64,000 nucleotides of DNA from an uncultured Gammaproteobacteria bacterium (GTDB lineage Bacteria > Patescibacteriota > Microgenomatia > UBA8517): NCBI GenBank assembly GCA_964617045.1, contig CAZTVZ010000002.1:76095-140094 (forward strand), read 5' to 3'. The notes beneath the pieces are model-generated. The model saw nothing but the letters and a program-made list of their open reading frames with translations. It was not told where the DNA came from and did not search any database. How positions within the stretch are numbered: the first letter of the stretch is position 1; every line of letters starts with the position of its first letter. The position numbers were made by a program, and so were the translations under genes. Below, one piece after another: positions 10,487 to 20,596 of the stretch.

Positions 10487-13400
10487 CAAATATTGGAGAT
10501 TAATTGTAATTACCCTTCTTGGGTTTGCAATTGCTCTACCACTACTAACAAAAGGACCTTTTGCCAATCACGACGAAATGAACCCGATTAGATTTTTGGC
10601 AATAAAAGATTGTATTGAAGACGGACAGTTTCCGTGTAGATGGTCAAAAGATTTAGGTTGGGGGAATGGGTTCCCGATATTCAATTATTATGCACCGGGA
10701 CCTTACTATTTGGGAGCTGTGCTTAGCGAAGTTGTAGGTTACATTAATGCAGAAAAATTATTGGTTTTATTTTCTTTGGTTGCCGGTGGAATGGGCATGT
10801 ATATATTTGTTAAAAAACTTTACAACGAAAACGCCGGGTTCGTTGCCGGTGTACTGTATACAATTGCTCCTTATAAAGCCGTAGATATTTATGTACGTGG
10901 TGCCTTGTCCGAAGCGATGGCACTAGCCATAGTACCGTTTCTATTCCATTTTGCTTATCTTCTTATCAAAGACAAAGAGAAAAAGTACTTTATTTCTTTT
11001 TCCATAACTCTGTTTTTCTTCTTAACAACTCACAACATAATGACGATACTCTTTATCCCGCTTCTTGCACTATTTTCGATAATCATTTTATTTAAAGAAG
11101 GATTGAAAAAGTTACCACTCCTCATTACATCCGGATTGTTGGGGGTTGGATTGTCGGCATTCTATCTATTACCAGCCTTTTTTGAAAAAAAACTTGTTAG
11201 AGTCGATACACTTACCGGAGACTATTATAATTTCCAGAACCATTTTGTATCCCTTAAGCAAATGTTTATTAGTAATTATTGGGGATACGGTTCTTCGGGG
11301 CCTGGACTTGCCGATGGAATGTCGTTCCAAGTCGGGTATGTTCATTGGGCAATTGCTTTAATTGCACTTCTTTTCATAGCAATTAGAGTAATCAACAAAA
11401 AAGTTGCTCTTCAGACCGTATTGTTTGGAATAGTATTTATTCTTTCCGTTTTTATGATGCATAACAAATCTGCCTTTATTTGGCAGATAATACCACTGCT
11501 TAATTATTTACAATTCCCGTGGAGGCTCCTATCGCTTGTTATATTTACGTCTTCGATTTTGGGGGGTTATGTTATAACCCAATTAAAAGGAAAAATTCTT
11601 GATGTTTCCATTATTCTTGTGTCGGTTATTGCGATAATAATTAATTTCAATTATTTCAAACCCGAAAAGTTTTATACCGAATATAATGATCAAAGTTTGT
11701 TTGTCGGAAAAGTGTGGGAAGATCAAAGAAGTGGAATTCTTCTTGATTACCTTCCTGTGGGAGCAATAGAAGCAAGGGAGCCTGCCTCTTCAGTACCATT
11801 AATCAGAGAGGGAGACGGAATTATCTATTCGTACGTCGTTAGATCAAATAGTTTTTCGTTTAAATATATTGCCCAGGAAAATTCATTGTTGGAAATACCC
11901 GTATACTATTTTCCCGAATGGGAGTTGAAAGTTGACGGAAAAGAGAAGGATATTATTAAAAGTGACGTGGGAAGGATCATGGTTGAATTGGAGAAGGGAA
12001 GTCATGAAATAAAAGGTGTTTTTGGGGATACTCCTCTAAGGGATTTCTCAAATTTGTTAAGTCTTCTGTCTTTCCTTGTCCTTGCATTTTTACTGCTCAG
12101 GAAAAGAGTAGAGAAGATAAATATCGATAAAAGGATTGTTGTATTGGCACTTGTATTATCGATTCCTGCTATCTGGAGTTTTATATCCAAGGGTTTATAC
12201 GGGTTTTCGGATGATTCACATATTGGTTGGATGTATGAAATGGATAGGGCAGTCAAGTCTTTCAAATTTCCACCCAGGTTTGTTCCCGACTTAAGCTACG
12301 GATTTGGATATCCCTTGTTTACATTTGTGTATCCTTTGCCTTTCTATCTCGGTGAAGTCTTTCATCTTCTTGGTATGACCCTTGTCGGGAGTTTCAAAAT
12401 GGTTTTGGCATTATCAATTCCCCTCTCAATGCTTGCAATGTACAAATTCCTTAGAGAGTTTATGAAGAAAGAATATTCATTATTGGGATCTGTGATATAT
12501 GTATATGCCCCATATCGGGCAACGGAACTATTTGTAAGGGGAGCGATAGGGGAGATAGTGGCATTTATCTTTATTCCACTTGTTGCGTGGTCTTTCGTCA
12601 AACTAACCAAAGAAAAAAACACAAAATGGATTGCGGCATCGGCATTATCTGTTGCAGCCCTAATTATGTCGCACAATATTATGGCATATATGTTTATGCC
12701 CTTTGCGCTTCTCCTCTTGGTTTTAAGAATTGTTTTCGTTTATCGTAACGATATATCTCAGTATGTTCGTGGATTTATATCAATAATTTTTGGACTTGTT
12801 ATTTCAATATATTTTTGGCTTCCTGCAATAGTGGAAAGCTCGCTGATGCAATACTCCACGGTATTTAATTATTTGGATCATTTTCCGACACTAAAACAAC
12901 TCGTTACTCCTTACTTCGGTCACGGAGCGTCTGTCCCCGGACCATATGACGGAATATCCTTCTATATTGGAGTAATTGGGTTATTTATTGCTCTCGTGGG
13001 AATAGTCCACTTTTTCTTAAAAAGAAATGACTATACCCGGGAGGAAAAAGTATTTGTTGTTTGGGGAATTATTATGTTAGGTGTTTCGGTGTTTATGATG
13101 AATCACCGATCAGCCTTTATCTGGGAAGCAATACCGCTGATTAAATACTTCCAATTCCCGTGGAGATTTTTGGTCCCCGTAATATTTTCTTTGCCGATAT
13201 TCCTAATTGCGTTTGAAAAAAATAGCCCTATTAAATACGCACCCGGGATTTTAGTTATCCTTACAATTCTTGTAAATTCTCAATATTTTATTCCGGAAAG
13301 TTTTTTGGGTAGAACCGATGATTATTATTTAAAAAGATTTGTTCCTTATCCGATTGCAAGCGAAGAGTACAAAACGACTTCCGAGGAGTATTTGAGATTG

Positions 13401-13754
13401 CCTCTTGGTCAAACTGAAAGACCAAAAGAAACAAGGCCTTTGGTTGAAGGAGCGAAAGGTGTTAGGGGAATTGTAAATCTGAATGCCTATGACACTATTA
13501 TATATACCGATTATCCTCAAAGTTTCGTCTTGAATTATAATAAGTATATGTATCCTGGATGGACCGCCCTTGTTGACGGTGTTCCGGCGGATATAAAAGT
13601 GGGAAGTCCTTACGGACAAATCTCATTGGATATTCCAAGAGGAGCACATAAAATTGAAATATATTATAAAGAGACACCATTCAGAACAATTCTGAACATT
13701 GTTTCTTTGGCAGGTTTTATAACTGCAATATATTTATTAGTACGCAAAAAATGA
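10470..13754 (+). CDS. Fusion of two YfhO/PTPS-related GT-C modules (1094 aa)
   Basis: Each half repeats the motifs of 8792..10486 (G.G.P.F..Y, VRGA..E, QFPWR). The junction is near 12100-12140. Confidence 0.75.
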   Translation: MMTLINKYWRLIVITLLGFAIALPLLTKGPFANHDEMNPIRFLAIKDCIEDGQFPCRWSKDLGWGNGFPIFNYYAPGPYYLGAVLSEVVGYINAEKLLVLFSLVAGGMGMYIFVKKLYNENAGFVAGVLYTIAPYKAVDIYVRGALSEAMALAIVPFLFHFAYLLIKDKEKKYFISFSITLFFFLTTHNIMTILFIPLLALFSIIILFKEGLKKLPLLITSGLLGVGLSAFYLLPAFFEKKLVRVDTLTGDYYNFQNHFVSLKQMFISNYWGYGSSGPGLADGMSFQVGYVHWAIALIALLFIAIRVINKKVALQTVLFGIVFILSVFMMHNKSAFIWQIIPLLNYLQFPWRLLSLVIFTSSILGGYVITQLKGKILDVSIILVSVIAIIINFNYFKPEKFYTEYNDQSLFVGKVWEDQRSGILLDYLPVGAIEAREPASSVPLIREGDGIIYSYVVRSNSFSFKYIAQENSLLEIPVYYFPEWELKVDGKEKDIIKSDVGRIMVELEKGSHEIKGVFGDTPLRDFSNLLSLLSFLVLAFLLLRKRVEKINIDKRIVVLALVLSIPAIWSFISKGLYGFSDDSHIGWMYEMDRAVKSFKFPPRFVPDLSYGFGYPLFTFVYPLPFYLGEVFHLLGMTLVGSFKMVLALSIPLSMLAMYKFLREFMKKEYSLLGSVIYVYAPYRATELFVRGAIGEIVAFIFIPLVAWSFVKLTKEKNTKWIAASALSVAALIMSHNIMAYMFMPFALLLLVLRIVFVYRNDISQYVRGFISIIFGLVISIYFWLPAIVESSLMQYSTVFNYLDHFPTLKQLVTPYFGHGASVPGPYDGISFYIGVIGLFIALVGIVHFFLKRNDYTREEKVFVVWGIIMLGVSVFMMNHRSAFIWEAIPLIKYFQFPWRFLVPVIFSLPIFLIAFEKNSPIKYAPGILVILTILVNSQYFIPESFLGRTDDYYLKRFVPYPIASEEYKTTSEEYLRLPLGQTERPKETRPLVEGAKGVRGIVNLNAYDTIIYTDYPQSFVLNYNKYMYPGWTALVDGVPADIKVGSPYGQISLDIPRGAHKIEIYYKETPFRTILNIVSLAGFITAIYLLVRKK

Positions 13755-15013
13755 AACGATTTATCGCAATAATTCTTACAATAGGGATACTTTTAAGAGT
13801 AGGCTTGGCTTTCAGCACTTTCCATGCGGATGTTCAGGCTTTTGATTTTGCCGGTAAGGTAATTGCGGAAGGAAATGTCCTAAATTTCTACGATTATTTA
13901 TGGAATCTTCCAAAAGAGGACCCCATTTTGGAAGTATACCCTCCATATTTATTCAACTATCCTCCGATGGTTTATTTTTTCCTTGGAGGAATTTCCAGAT
14001 TAACCACATGGATGGTTGATCCGTTGATTCACAATAACTTTATCTTTGATTTCCCTTCAACTTTGGGAAATATTAATTTGAATATCCTTCTTTTAATGCT
14101 TAAGCTACCGTATTTTCCTTTTGACATTGCTATTGCGTATCTTCTGATGCGCATGTTTAGTGAAGAAAAGAAAAAGAAATGGATTTTCGCTCTTTGGATG
14201 TTTAATCCAATTAACCTATATGCCACTTACATGATGGGGCAATTTGATATTATACCTACGTTTTTGACGATAGCTGCTCTTTATCTTGTCGTTAAGAATA
14301 AAGAAAGGATTGAGAATAGTAATTTACTATTACCGGCAGCACTTCTTGGTCTTGGGGCAGCATTCAAGATATTTCCTGCATTATTTATTGTTCCCCTTGC
14401 AACTTTGAAGAACAGTTGGTTAGACAGAATAAAAATAATCGCCGTTGGTTTCGGAGTTTATTTTATGACTAATTTTCCGTTTATCTTTTCGAAAGGCTTT
14501 CGTGCAACGGCAATGCTTGCTAATCAAACAACAAAAAGTTTGTATGCACAGATACCAATATCGGGCGGAGAATCCATAATCTTGTTTTTGGCTTTGGCGG
14601 TATTTGCATATATTGTGTTTTGGGTTAAAAAGGTTTTACCTGAAGATTTGTGGAAAAGATTTTTTGTAATGATTTTACTGTTTTTTGTATTTACCCATTA
14701 TCATCCACAATGGTTTCTTTGGCTTACTCCATTTTTACTGATTGATTATGTATATTCCGGCAATAAACACCTGGTTCCGATTAAGATATCGCTTTTGAGC
14801 TTTTTAGGACTACTTACATTCTTTGATCCGGGACTAACGGTATGGTTGTTCGCACCCATAAATAAAGCGCTATACGGCATGTCGGATTTATGGACTCAAA
14901 TCGGAATTAAGCCGGACGTTAATTATGCCAGAAGTATTTTGCATACATTATTTGTCGGTTCTGCACTATATTATATGTACATTCATTTCCCAAGAATTAC
15001 GAAAGGCGATTGA
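13751..15013 (+). CDS. GT-C membrane glycosyltransferase, GT87/PIG-M-like
   Basis: FHADV, FNYPPM, LKLP...FD, FNP....TY..GQFDIIP, K.FP and HPQWFLW motifs in a polytopic protein. Confidence 0.7.
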   Translation: MKRFIAIILTIGILLRVGLAFSTFHADVQAFDFAGKVIAEGNVLNFYDYLWNLPKEDPILEVYPPYLFNYPPMVYFFLGGISRLTTWMVDPLIHNNFIFDFPSTLGNINLNILLLMLKLPYFPFDIAIAYLLMRMFSEEKKKKWIFALWMFNPINLYATYMMGQFDIIPTFLTIAALYLVVKNKERIENSNLLLPAALLGLGAAFKIFPALFIVPLATLKNSWLDRIKIIAVGFGVYFMTNFPFIFSKGFRATAMLANQTTKSLYAQIPISGGESIILFLALAVFAYIVFWVKKVLPEDLWKRFFVMILLFFVFTHYHPQWFLWLTPFLLIDYVYSGNKHLVPIKISLLSFLGLLTFFDPGLTVWLFAPINKALYGMSDLWTQIGIKPDVNYARSILHTLFVGSALYYMYIHFPRITKGD

Positions 15014-16986
15014 TGAACGTTACATTGGATATCTTAAAATTCTTTGCATTCTTCCTAATAGTATTTTTTATCCCGGGCTATGTACTTACGAGAAATGCGG
15101 ATATTAAATCAAAAGCAGGAAAGATATTTATTGCTACGGTATTGGGGTTTGCACTTTCAACGGTCACTTATTATCTTCACTCGGTTATTTTTTCTCTTTA
15201 CGTGATTATTCCTTCGATTATTTTTATCATTGGCGGGTATTACAAAGATTTCAGGGGTTTAAAACTACCCCAAAAGAAGGGTCACTTAATTATCTTGGGT
15301 TTAATTATTGCCCTTGGAACATTTTTCCAAAACAACTTAACCTTCAGAACGGGTCTTAATTACGAGTATGGAATCGGTTTTTGGAGTGCGCTTGCGCACG
15401 ATGGAGTTTGGCACCAGGCGCTAATTGCTCAGCTTACCAAAAATATTCCTCCTTTGAATCCCGCTTTGTCCGAATTTACGCTTACAAACTATCATTATTT
15501 TTACGATTTGCTTTTGGCGATAGTAAACAAAATTACTTTAATACCGATTGCCGATTTGGTTTATCGTTATTTTCCAATCATATTTTCTTCTCTTCTGGGA
15601 ATAGGAAGTTATCTTTTAACGGTTAAAATATTCAAAAAAGAAAGTGCAGGAATATTCGCAGCATATTTTTCCTATTTCGGAAGTAGCTTTGGGTGGATTG
15701 TCGAACTTTTTAGAGGAGGAGAAATTATTGCGGGCGAATCCAATTTTTGGGCCAACCAACCCGTTTCTCTAAACATCAATCCTCCATTCGCAATTTCACT
15801 AATATTTTTAATTACCGTCCTATATTTGTTTTCTCTTTATGAAGAAAAACGAGATTATTGGTTATTAGGACTTATGGCAATAATTGCCGGGTTAACAATT
15901 GAGTTTAAAGTATACGGAGGTTTAATTATTCTTTCTTCCTTGCTGGTTCTGGCAATTAAGAAGGCTTTATTTGATAAAGACAGGGTTTTACTGGTGTACG
16001 TATTGATTGCAATCGGTATTGCTGCCGGAGTTTTTATTCCCAATAGTAAGGGAAGTGCATCTTTTGTTACCCTTGTTCCTTTTTGGATTATTCACTCGAT
16101 GATAGATATTGTTGATCGGGTTGGTTGGTGGAGATTGTCTCTGTCGAGGACGGTCGGTTTGGCAGAAAAAGATTGGGTTAAATTTATTGGAGCCGAAGGT
16201 GTCGGATTAATACTGTTCATTTTGGGAAATATCGGGACAAGAATGATTGCTTTTGCGGCACTTCTTTTGATACCGGCAAAAGAATGGTTTAAAAACAATT
16301 CTTATCTGATTTTAATAATTGTTTCCGGAGCATCCGTACTTCCAACGTTGTTATTCGTTCAAAAATCAGACCCTTGGAATATTATTCAATTTACATATTA
16401 TTTTCTTTTTATCGCGGCTATTGTTGCCGCTTACGTTCTCTCGATATTTTTCGAAAAATCAAAAAAATGGGTAGTAATCGTTGGGTTGACGCTTTTATTT
16501 GTGATTACCCCGTTGAGTTCTTTGGGTTCATTCAGAAGTGGATTTCAGGGAAACCCGACATATTTGGATAAAGGCGAACTTGAAGCGTTGAATTATCTTA
16601 AAACGCAAGAAGATGGGGTGGTTCTTACATATCCGTACAATCAGTATCTCAGGTACAGTACCGAAAAAAGACCACTTCCTTTGTGGGCCTATCAAACCAG
16701 TGCATATGTATCAGCTTATTCTCAAAAAGTGACATACCTGGAAGATATGATGCAGCAGGGAATACTTGATGCAGACTTTAAAGACAGAATCAAAAAGATG
16801 GAAGACTTTTTTACCAATAATATGCTGCAACAAGGAGAGGACTCCTTTATTAAAGAAGCAAATATCACTTACGTATACATTCCGCAGGATTTAAGAAGAA
16901 TGGTTAACACCAAACTTCCTTCGGCAAAAATAATATTTGAGAACGAAGGGGCGGTAATATTCAAATATGACTTTACAACTAATTAA
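15013..16986 (+). CDS. Large GT-C-like membrane protein (DUF2298/YYY-like, STT3-like C-terminal domain)
   Basis: HDGVWH, PP.NP......TNYHYFYD, many TMs, C-terminal 'EALNYLK..EDGVVLTYP' and 'NITYVY'. ATG 15013 overlaps the upstream TGA. Confidence 0.6.
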   Translation: MNVTLDILKFFAFFLIVFFIPGYVLTRNADIKSKAGKIFIATVLGFALSTVTYYLHSVIFSLYVIIPSIIFIIGGYYKDFRGLKLPQKKGHLIILGLIIALGTFFQNNLTFRTGLNYEYGIGFWSALAHDGVWHQALIAQLTKNIPPLNPALSEFTLTNYHYFYDLLLAIVNKITLIPIADLVYRYFPIIFSSLLGIGSYLLTVKIFKKESAGIFAAYFSYFGSSFGWIVELFRGGEIIAGESNFWANQPVSLNINPPFAISLIFLITVLYLFSLYEEKRDYWLLGLMAIIAGLTIEFKVYGGLIILSSLLVLAIKKALFDKDRVLLVYVLIAIGIAAGVFIPNSKGSASFVTLVPFWIIHSMIDIVDRVGWWRLSLSRTVGLAEKDWVKFIGAEGVGLILFILGNIGTRMIAFAALLLIPAKEWFKNNSYLILIIVSGASVLPTLLFVQKSDPWNIIQFTYYFLFIAAIVAAYVLSIFFEKSKKWVVIVGLTLLFVITPLSSLGSFRSGFQGNPTYLDKGELEALNYLKTQEDGVVLTYPYNQYLRYSTEKRPLPLWAYQTSAYVSAYSQKVTYLEDMMQQGILDADFKDRIKKMEDFFTNNMLQQGEDSFIKEANITYVYIPQDLRRMVNTKLPSAKIIFENEGAVIFKYDFTTN

Positions 16987-18973
16987 CACCCTATTGATGG
17001 GAGCACTTTTCCTGTTTATTTATTTCGGAGTTATATATCCCGTTGGTTATTTAATTGTTAGAAAATTCAACAAATTATTGAAACCGGTTGAGGTTTTTGG
17101 TCTTTCTATGGCAATATCCATCGTTCTATTTATAGGGATAGCGATTTTGTTCGGAATACTTAAAATTCGGTTTCTGGTTCTTCCGTTGGTGGTTGGAATT
17201 ACCCTTGCAACCTATTGGAAATATAGATTCCCTGTTATCGATTCAATTTTGGTTGTATTCAAAAATAAAATTCTGTTACTTCTTTCCGTAGTGGCGATTA
17301 TCGTTCAAGGAATAATCAATTTTCCCAGCGGGTATTTATATGGCAATGGATATCAATTTTGGAGTTCTCAGGGGAACGACGGATTGTGGCATGTTGCGGT
17401 AATGGAAGAAATTAAAAAGAGTATGCCGATAGAAAACCCGATATACTACGGAGAAAAATTATATAACTATCACTATTTGACCGACGTCTTTATGGGTGAA
17501 TTTGCTCGTTTGTTCCCGTCTTTTACCTCACTCGATTTGTACTTCAGATATTTCCCGATTGTTTTCTCTCTTCTTATCAGTATCGGCGCATATGCTTTCG
17601 TGAGTAGATGGAGTAAATCGGAAAGTGCGGGATATTGGGCAATATTTTTTTCCAGTCTTTCCGGCGGCTTTGGGTATATCGTTACGTTAATAAAAGAAGG
17701 AAGATTGTTTGCCGGAGAAACCATTTTCTGGGCTGCTCAGGGAAACACAATAATAGGGAATCCTCCCCATGCAGTTGCTTACGGTTTGCTGGCAATGTTT
17801 TTACTTTCGATCGCAATATATCTGGAAACAAGAAAGAAAGAAATACTGCTTCTTTCCATATTAACCGGTGCTTTTGTTGCTGGTTTTAAAGTATCCGGTG
17901 GATTTATCCTTTCTGCCGGAATAATTGCTGGAGGATTATTTGATTTTCTTGTTAACAGAAAAAAAGAGATGGTATATATTCCTGTGATTGTTGGTTTATT
18001 AAACTTCGTAACACTTAAGCTTATGACCAAGGGTGCAGATAGTTTTTTGATTTTCGAACCATGGTGGTTTGTCAGAACAACGATTGTTGCGGATGGAAGA
18101 GTCGGAATAATAGATATGGAATTAAGAAGGCAACATTATCTTTCTTTGGGAACTTTTAAAGCAACCTTAAGAGTAATACAACTTGAAGTTGAAGCCTTCC
18201 TTATGTTTTTTGTCGGCAATATGAGTACGCGAATAATCGGATTCTTTCTTATCTTTGCAAATGGGTTTAAGGGGGTTGGAAAGTTCTTTAAAGATACGAT
18301 GAGTATCATTTTAATTTCTTCCGCCTTGGCGGGATTGGGAATAGTACTTCTATTTGTTCAGAAGGGAATAGCATACAATCTTATTCAGTTTTTCCAATAC
18401 TCTATTTTGATAATGGGTTTTTTGAGTGCCGCAGCAATGCCAATTATTTTGAAAAGGATTAAACCAAAAATAATTAAAACTGCATTTGCTTTTTTGATAA
18501 TAATAATTTCCGTACCGACTGTTATTGGTAATGTTGTCGAATTTTACGGAAAAGGACGATCAGCATTGGCCGTCGTCAGCAACAGCGAAATTGAAGCCTT
18601 AGAATATTTAAAAACATCAACACCAAATGATTCGGTAATTCTTACATACCCATTCGATGGAAATGCCCATTATGGGTATAAAGAACAACCATGGCCGATA
18701 TCAGTGTGGTACTCGACAGCTTACGTTTCTGCACTTTCCTCTAGAAAAACATATTTCAGCAATGAAGGGCAGGTTGATATATTAGGTATTCCAATTAAAG
18801 AAAGAAGAGAAGAAGTACTGGCCTTTTTCAATGACCCGAAGATTGATAGAAAACAGTATCTGAATGATAAAGGAATAGATTATGTTTACGTTCTTAAAAA
18901 AGATTATCCCAAACAGTTGGATTTGGAAATATATTATGAGAGTAGAGACGTTATAATTTACTGGAATATATGA
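16967..18973 (+). CDS. Large GT-C-like membrane protein, paralog of 15013..16986
   Basis: NDGLWH, NP......YNYHYLTD, FRYFPIVFS, EALEYLKTSTPNDSVILTYP, STAYVSALS, GIDYVYV. Confidence 0.6.
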   Translation: MTLQLINTLLMGALFLFIYFGVIYPVGYLIVRKFNKLLKPVEVFGLSMAISIVLFIGIAILFGILKIRFLVLPLVVGITLATYWKYRFPVIDSILVVFKNKILLLLSVVAIIVQGIINFPSGYLYGNGYQFWSSQGNDGLWHVAVMEEIKKSMPIENPIYYGEKLYNYHYLTDVFMGEFARLFPSFTSLDLYFRYFPIVFSLLISIGAYAFVSRWSKSESAGYWAIFFSSLSGGFGYIVTLIKEGRLFAGETIFWAAQGNTIIGNPPHAVAYGLLAMFLLSIAIYLETRKKEILLLSILTGAFVAGFKVSGGFILSAGIIAGGLFDFLVNRKKEMVYIPVIVGLLNFVTLKLMTKGADSFLIFEPWWFVRTTIVADGRVGIIDMELRRQHYLSLGTFKATLRVIQLEVEAFLMFFVGNMSTRIIGFFLIFANGFKGVGKFFKDTMSIILISSALAGLGIVLLFVQKGIAYNLIQFFQYSILIMGFLSAAAMPIILKRIKPKIIKTAFAFLIIIISVPTVIGNVVEFYGKGRSALAVVSNSEIEALEYLKTSTPNDSVILTYPFDGNAHYGYKEQPWPISVWYSTAYVSALSSRKTYFSNEGQVDILGIPIKERREEVLAFFNDPKIDRKQYLNDKGIDYVYVLKKDYPKQLDLEIYYESRDVIIYWNI

Positions 18974-20574
18974 GAAAAGCTTTCTTGCTGGGGATAATAT
19001 TGTTGTTTGCTTTTATAGTAAGAATCGTGGGGATAAACGAAGTTCCTTTGTATGGCGATGAACTTACAATTACCCAGGATGCATATTCTATTCTTCAAAC
19101 AGGTAAAGACGTTACCGGAAAAACACTACCGCTAACATTTTCAATGGGTGCCGGCAGGCCCGGAGGATATGTTTATTTTTCTGTTCCTTTTGTTTCACTT
19201 TTTGGACCAGGCGCGTATGGAGTTAGAATGCTCTCAATTATTTCCGGAGTGGGTATTGTTCTTGCAGGATATTTATTGAGTAGAAAACTCTTTTCAGAAA
19301 AAATTGCGATAATTACGGCATTTTTAACTGCGATATCCCCTTGGGCAATTAATTTAAGTAGGGGAGGATATGAGGCGAACTTTGCCCTCATGCTTTGCAT
19401 GTTTGCTATATACGCTTTTCTAGAGGCAAAGGGGAAACCGATTTGTTATCCGATATCGGCAGCACTATTGGGTCTTACGATTTTTACTTATCCCACTTTC
19501 AAATTGACGATTCCCCTATTCATCATCCCCCTTCTTTGGTATGTGGGAGGAATTAAAGAAATATTTGTTAAAAAGAATATCTTCTATCTTTTGGTTTCAA
19601 TTATTATCGGCATAAGCTTTATCGGATTGTCGATAAATGAAACGTTTAACAACAATTCCGAAGAAAGATTCGGCAGGATTAATATTTTTTCCTCTGAGGA
19701 TATCCAGAGAAACATAACGGAGGAAGTAATAAACGAAAGGAGAATTGTGGATGTATCATATGCTGACAGGTTGTTCCACAACAAGGTCATCAAAAATGTC
19801 GAGTATTTTATTGAGAATTACTTGGATAACTTTTCGATTCAATATCTTTTTACGAAGGGAGACGGTAATCCTCGGCACAACATGACCCAGACTGGTGTCC
19901 TGTTTACGGTAGAAATATTAACACTATTGCTTGGTCTGTATGCAATTTCGCAAAAAGAGAAAAAGGGAATGATAATGCTTCTTTCGTGGGTTTTGATTAC
20001 TCCGATTGCAACTTCCATTGTCGGGGTTCCCCACTCTTTAAGAAACGCATTTATGTTTCCGGCTCTTTCAATGATATCTGCATATGGTGTTTTTCTGTTA
20101 AGCAGTAACAAGAGAAAAATAGTCTTTACTCTGTTTGTGCTTGGACTATTTGTTCAGTTTATTTTCCAAATGGAGAGGTTGTATCTGGTTTCGGCAAAGG
20201 AATATGAAAAATCTTGGTCTTATCCTGCAAAAAGAGCTTCGGAAATTGCCGCATCGGAAACAGATAGATACGACCATGTAATTCTTTCGGACCGAATCGA
20301 TTCAGTGGAGTATGCGTATCCGGTATATGCAAGGGTGGATTCCAAGTTGGTTCAGGAGCAAAATCTAAACACTTCGTTAATCGGAAGCCTTCCTTTAAAA
20401 ACTTACGGAAATGTAAGCATTGGAAGAATTCCCGAAGGAGAATTGCCGAAATTTATCGATTCTATTCCGGGATCCGTTTTGTTTATCGGAAGTGAATACT
20501 ACGATATTAAATCGGGAGAAGTAATTAAATTTACAGATCCTATGCTAAATCTGTCGATTGTGCGAAAAGAATAA
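18970..20574 (+). CDS. GT-C membrane glycosyltransferase (GT39/GT83, PMT_2/ArnT-like)
   Basis: PLYGDE...DAYSILQTGKD, AISPWAINLSR, PHSLR motifs and about 12 TMs. Confidence 0.8.
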   Translation: MRKAFLLGIILLFAFIVRIVGINEVPLYGDELTITQDAYSILQTGKDVTGKTLPLTFSMGAGRPGGYVYFSVPFVSLFGPGAYGVRMLSIISGVGIVLAGYLLSRKLFSEKIAIITAFLTAISPWAINLSRGGYEANFALMLCMFAIYAFLEAKGKPICYPISAALLGLTIFTYPTFKLTIPLFIIPLLWYVGGIKEIFVKKNIFYLLVSIIIGISFIGLSINETFNNNSEERFGRINIFSSEDIQRNITEEVINERRIVDVSYADRLFHNKVIKNVEYFIENYLDNFSIQYLFTKGDGNPRHNMTQTGVLFTVEILTLLLGLYAISQKEKKGMIMLLSWVLITPIATSIVGVPHSLRNAFMFPALSMISAYGVFLLSSNKRKIVFTLFVLGLFVQFIFQMERLYLVSAKEYEKSWSYPAKRASEIAASETDRYDHVILSDRIDSVEYAYPVYARVDSKLVQEQNLNTSLIGSLPLKTYGNVSIGRIPEGELPKFIDSIPGSVLFIGSEYYDIKSGEVIKFTDPMLNLSIVRKE

Positions 20575-20579
20575 CAATC

Positions 20580-20588
20580 TGTTATTAT
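20580..20588 (+). promoter_or_regulatory. Putative extended -10 box (TGnTATTAT), leaderless-type
   Basis: TGtTATTAT ends 8 nt before ATG 20597. Confidence 0.4.
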
Positions 20589-20596
20589 CTTCCCAA

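Noticed and set aside
8792-13754. Literal 6-pyruvoyl-tetrahydropterin synthase activity
   Set aside because: The family name is misleading. These are polytopic membrane proteins with GT-C features, not the small T-fold enzyme.
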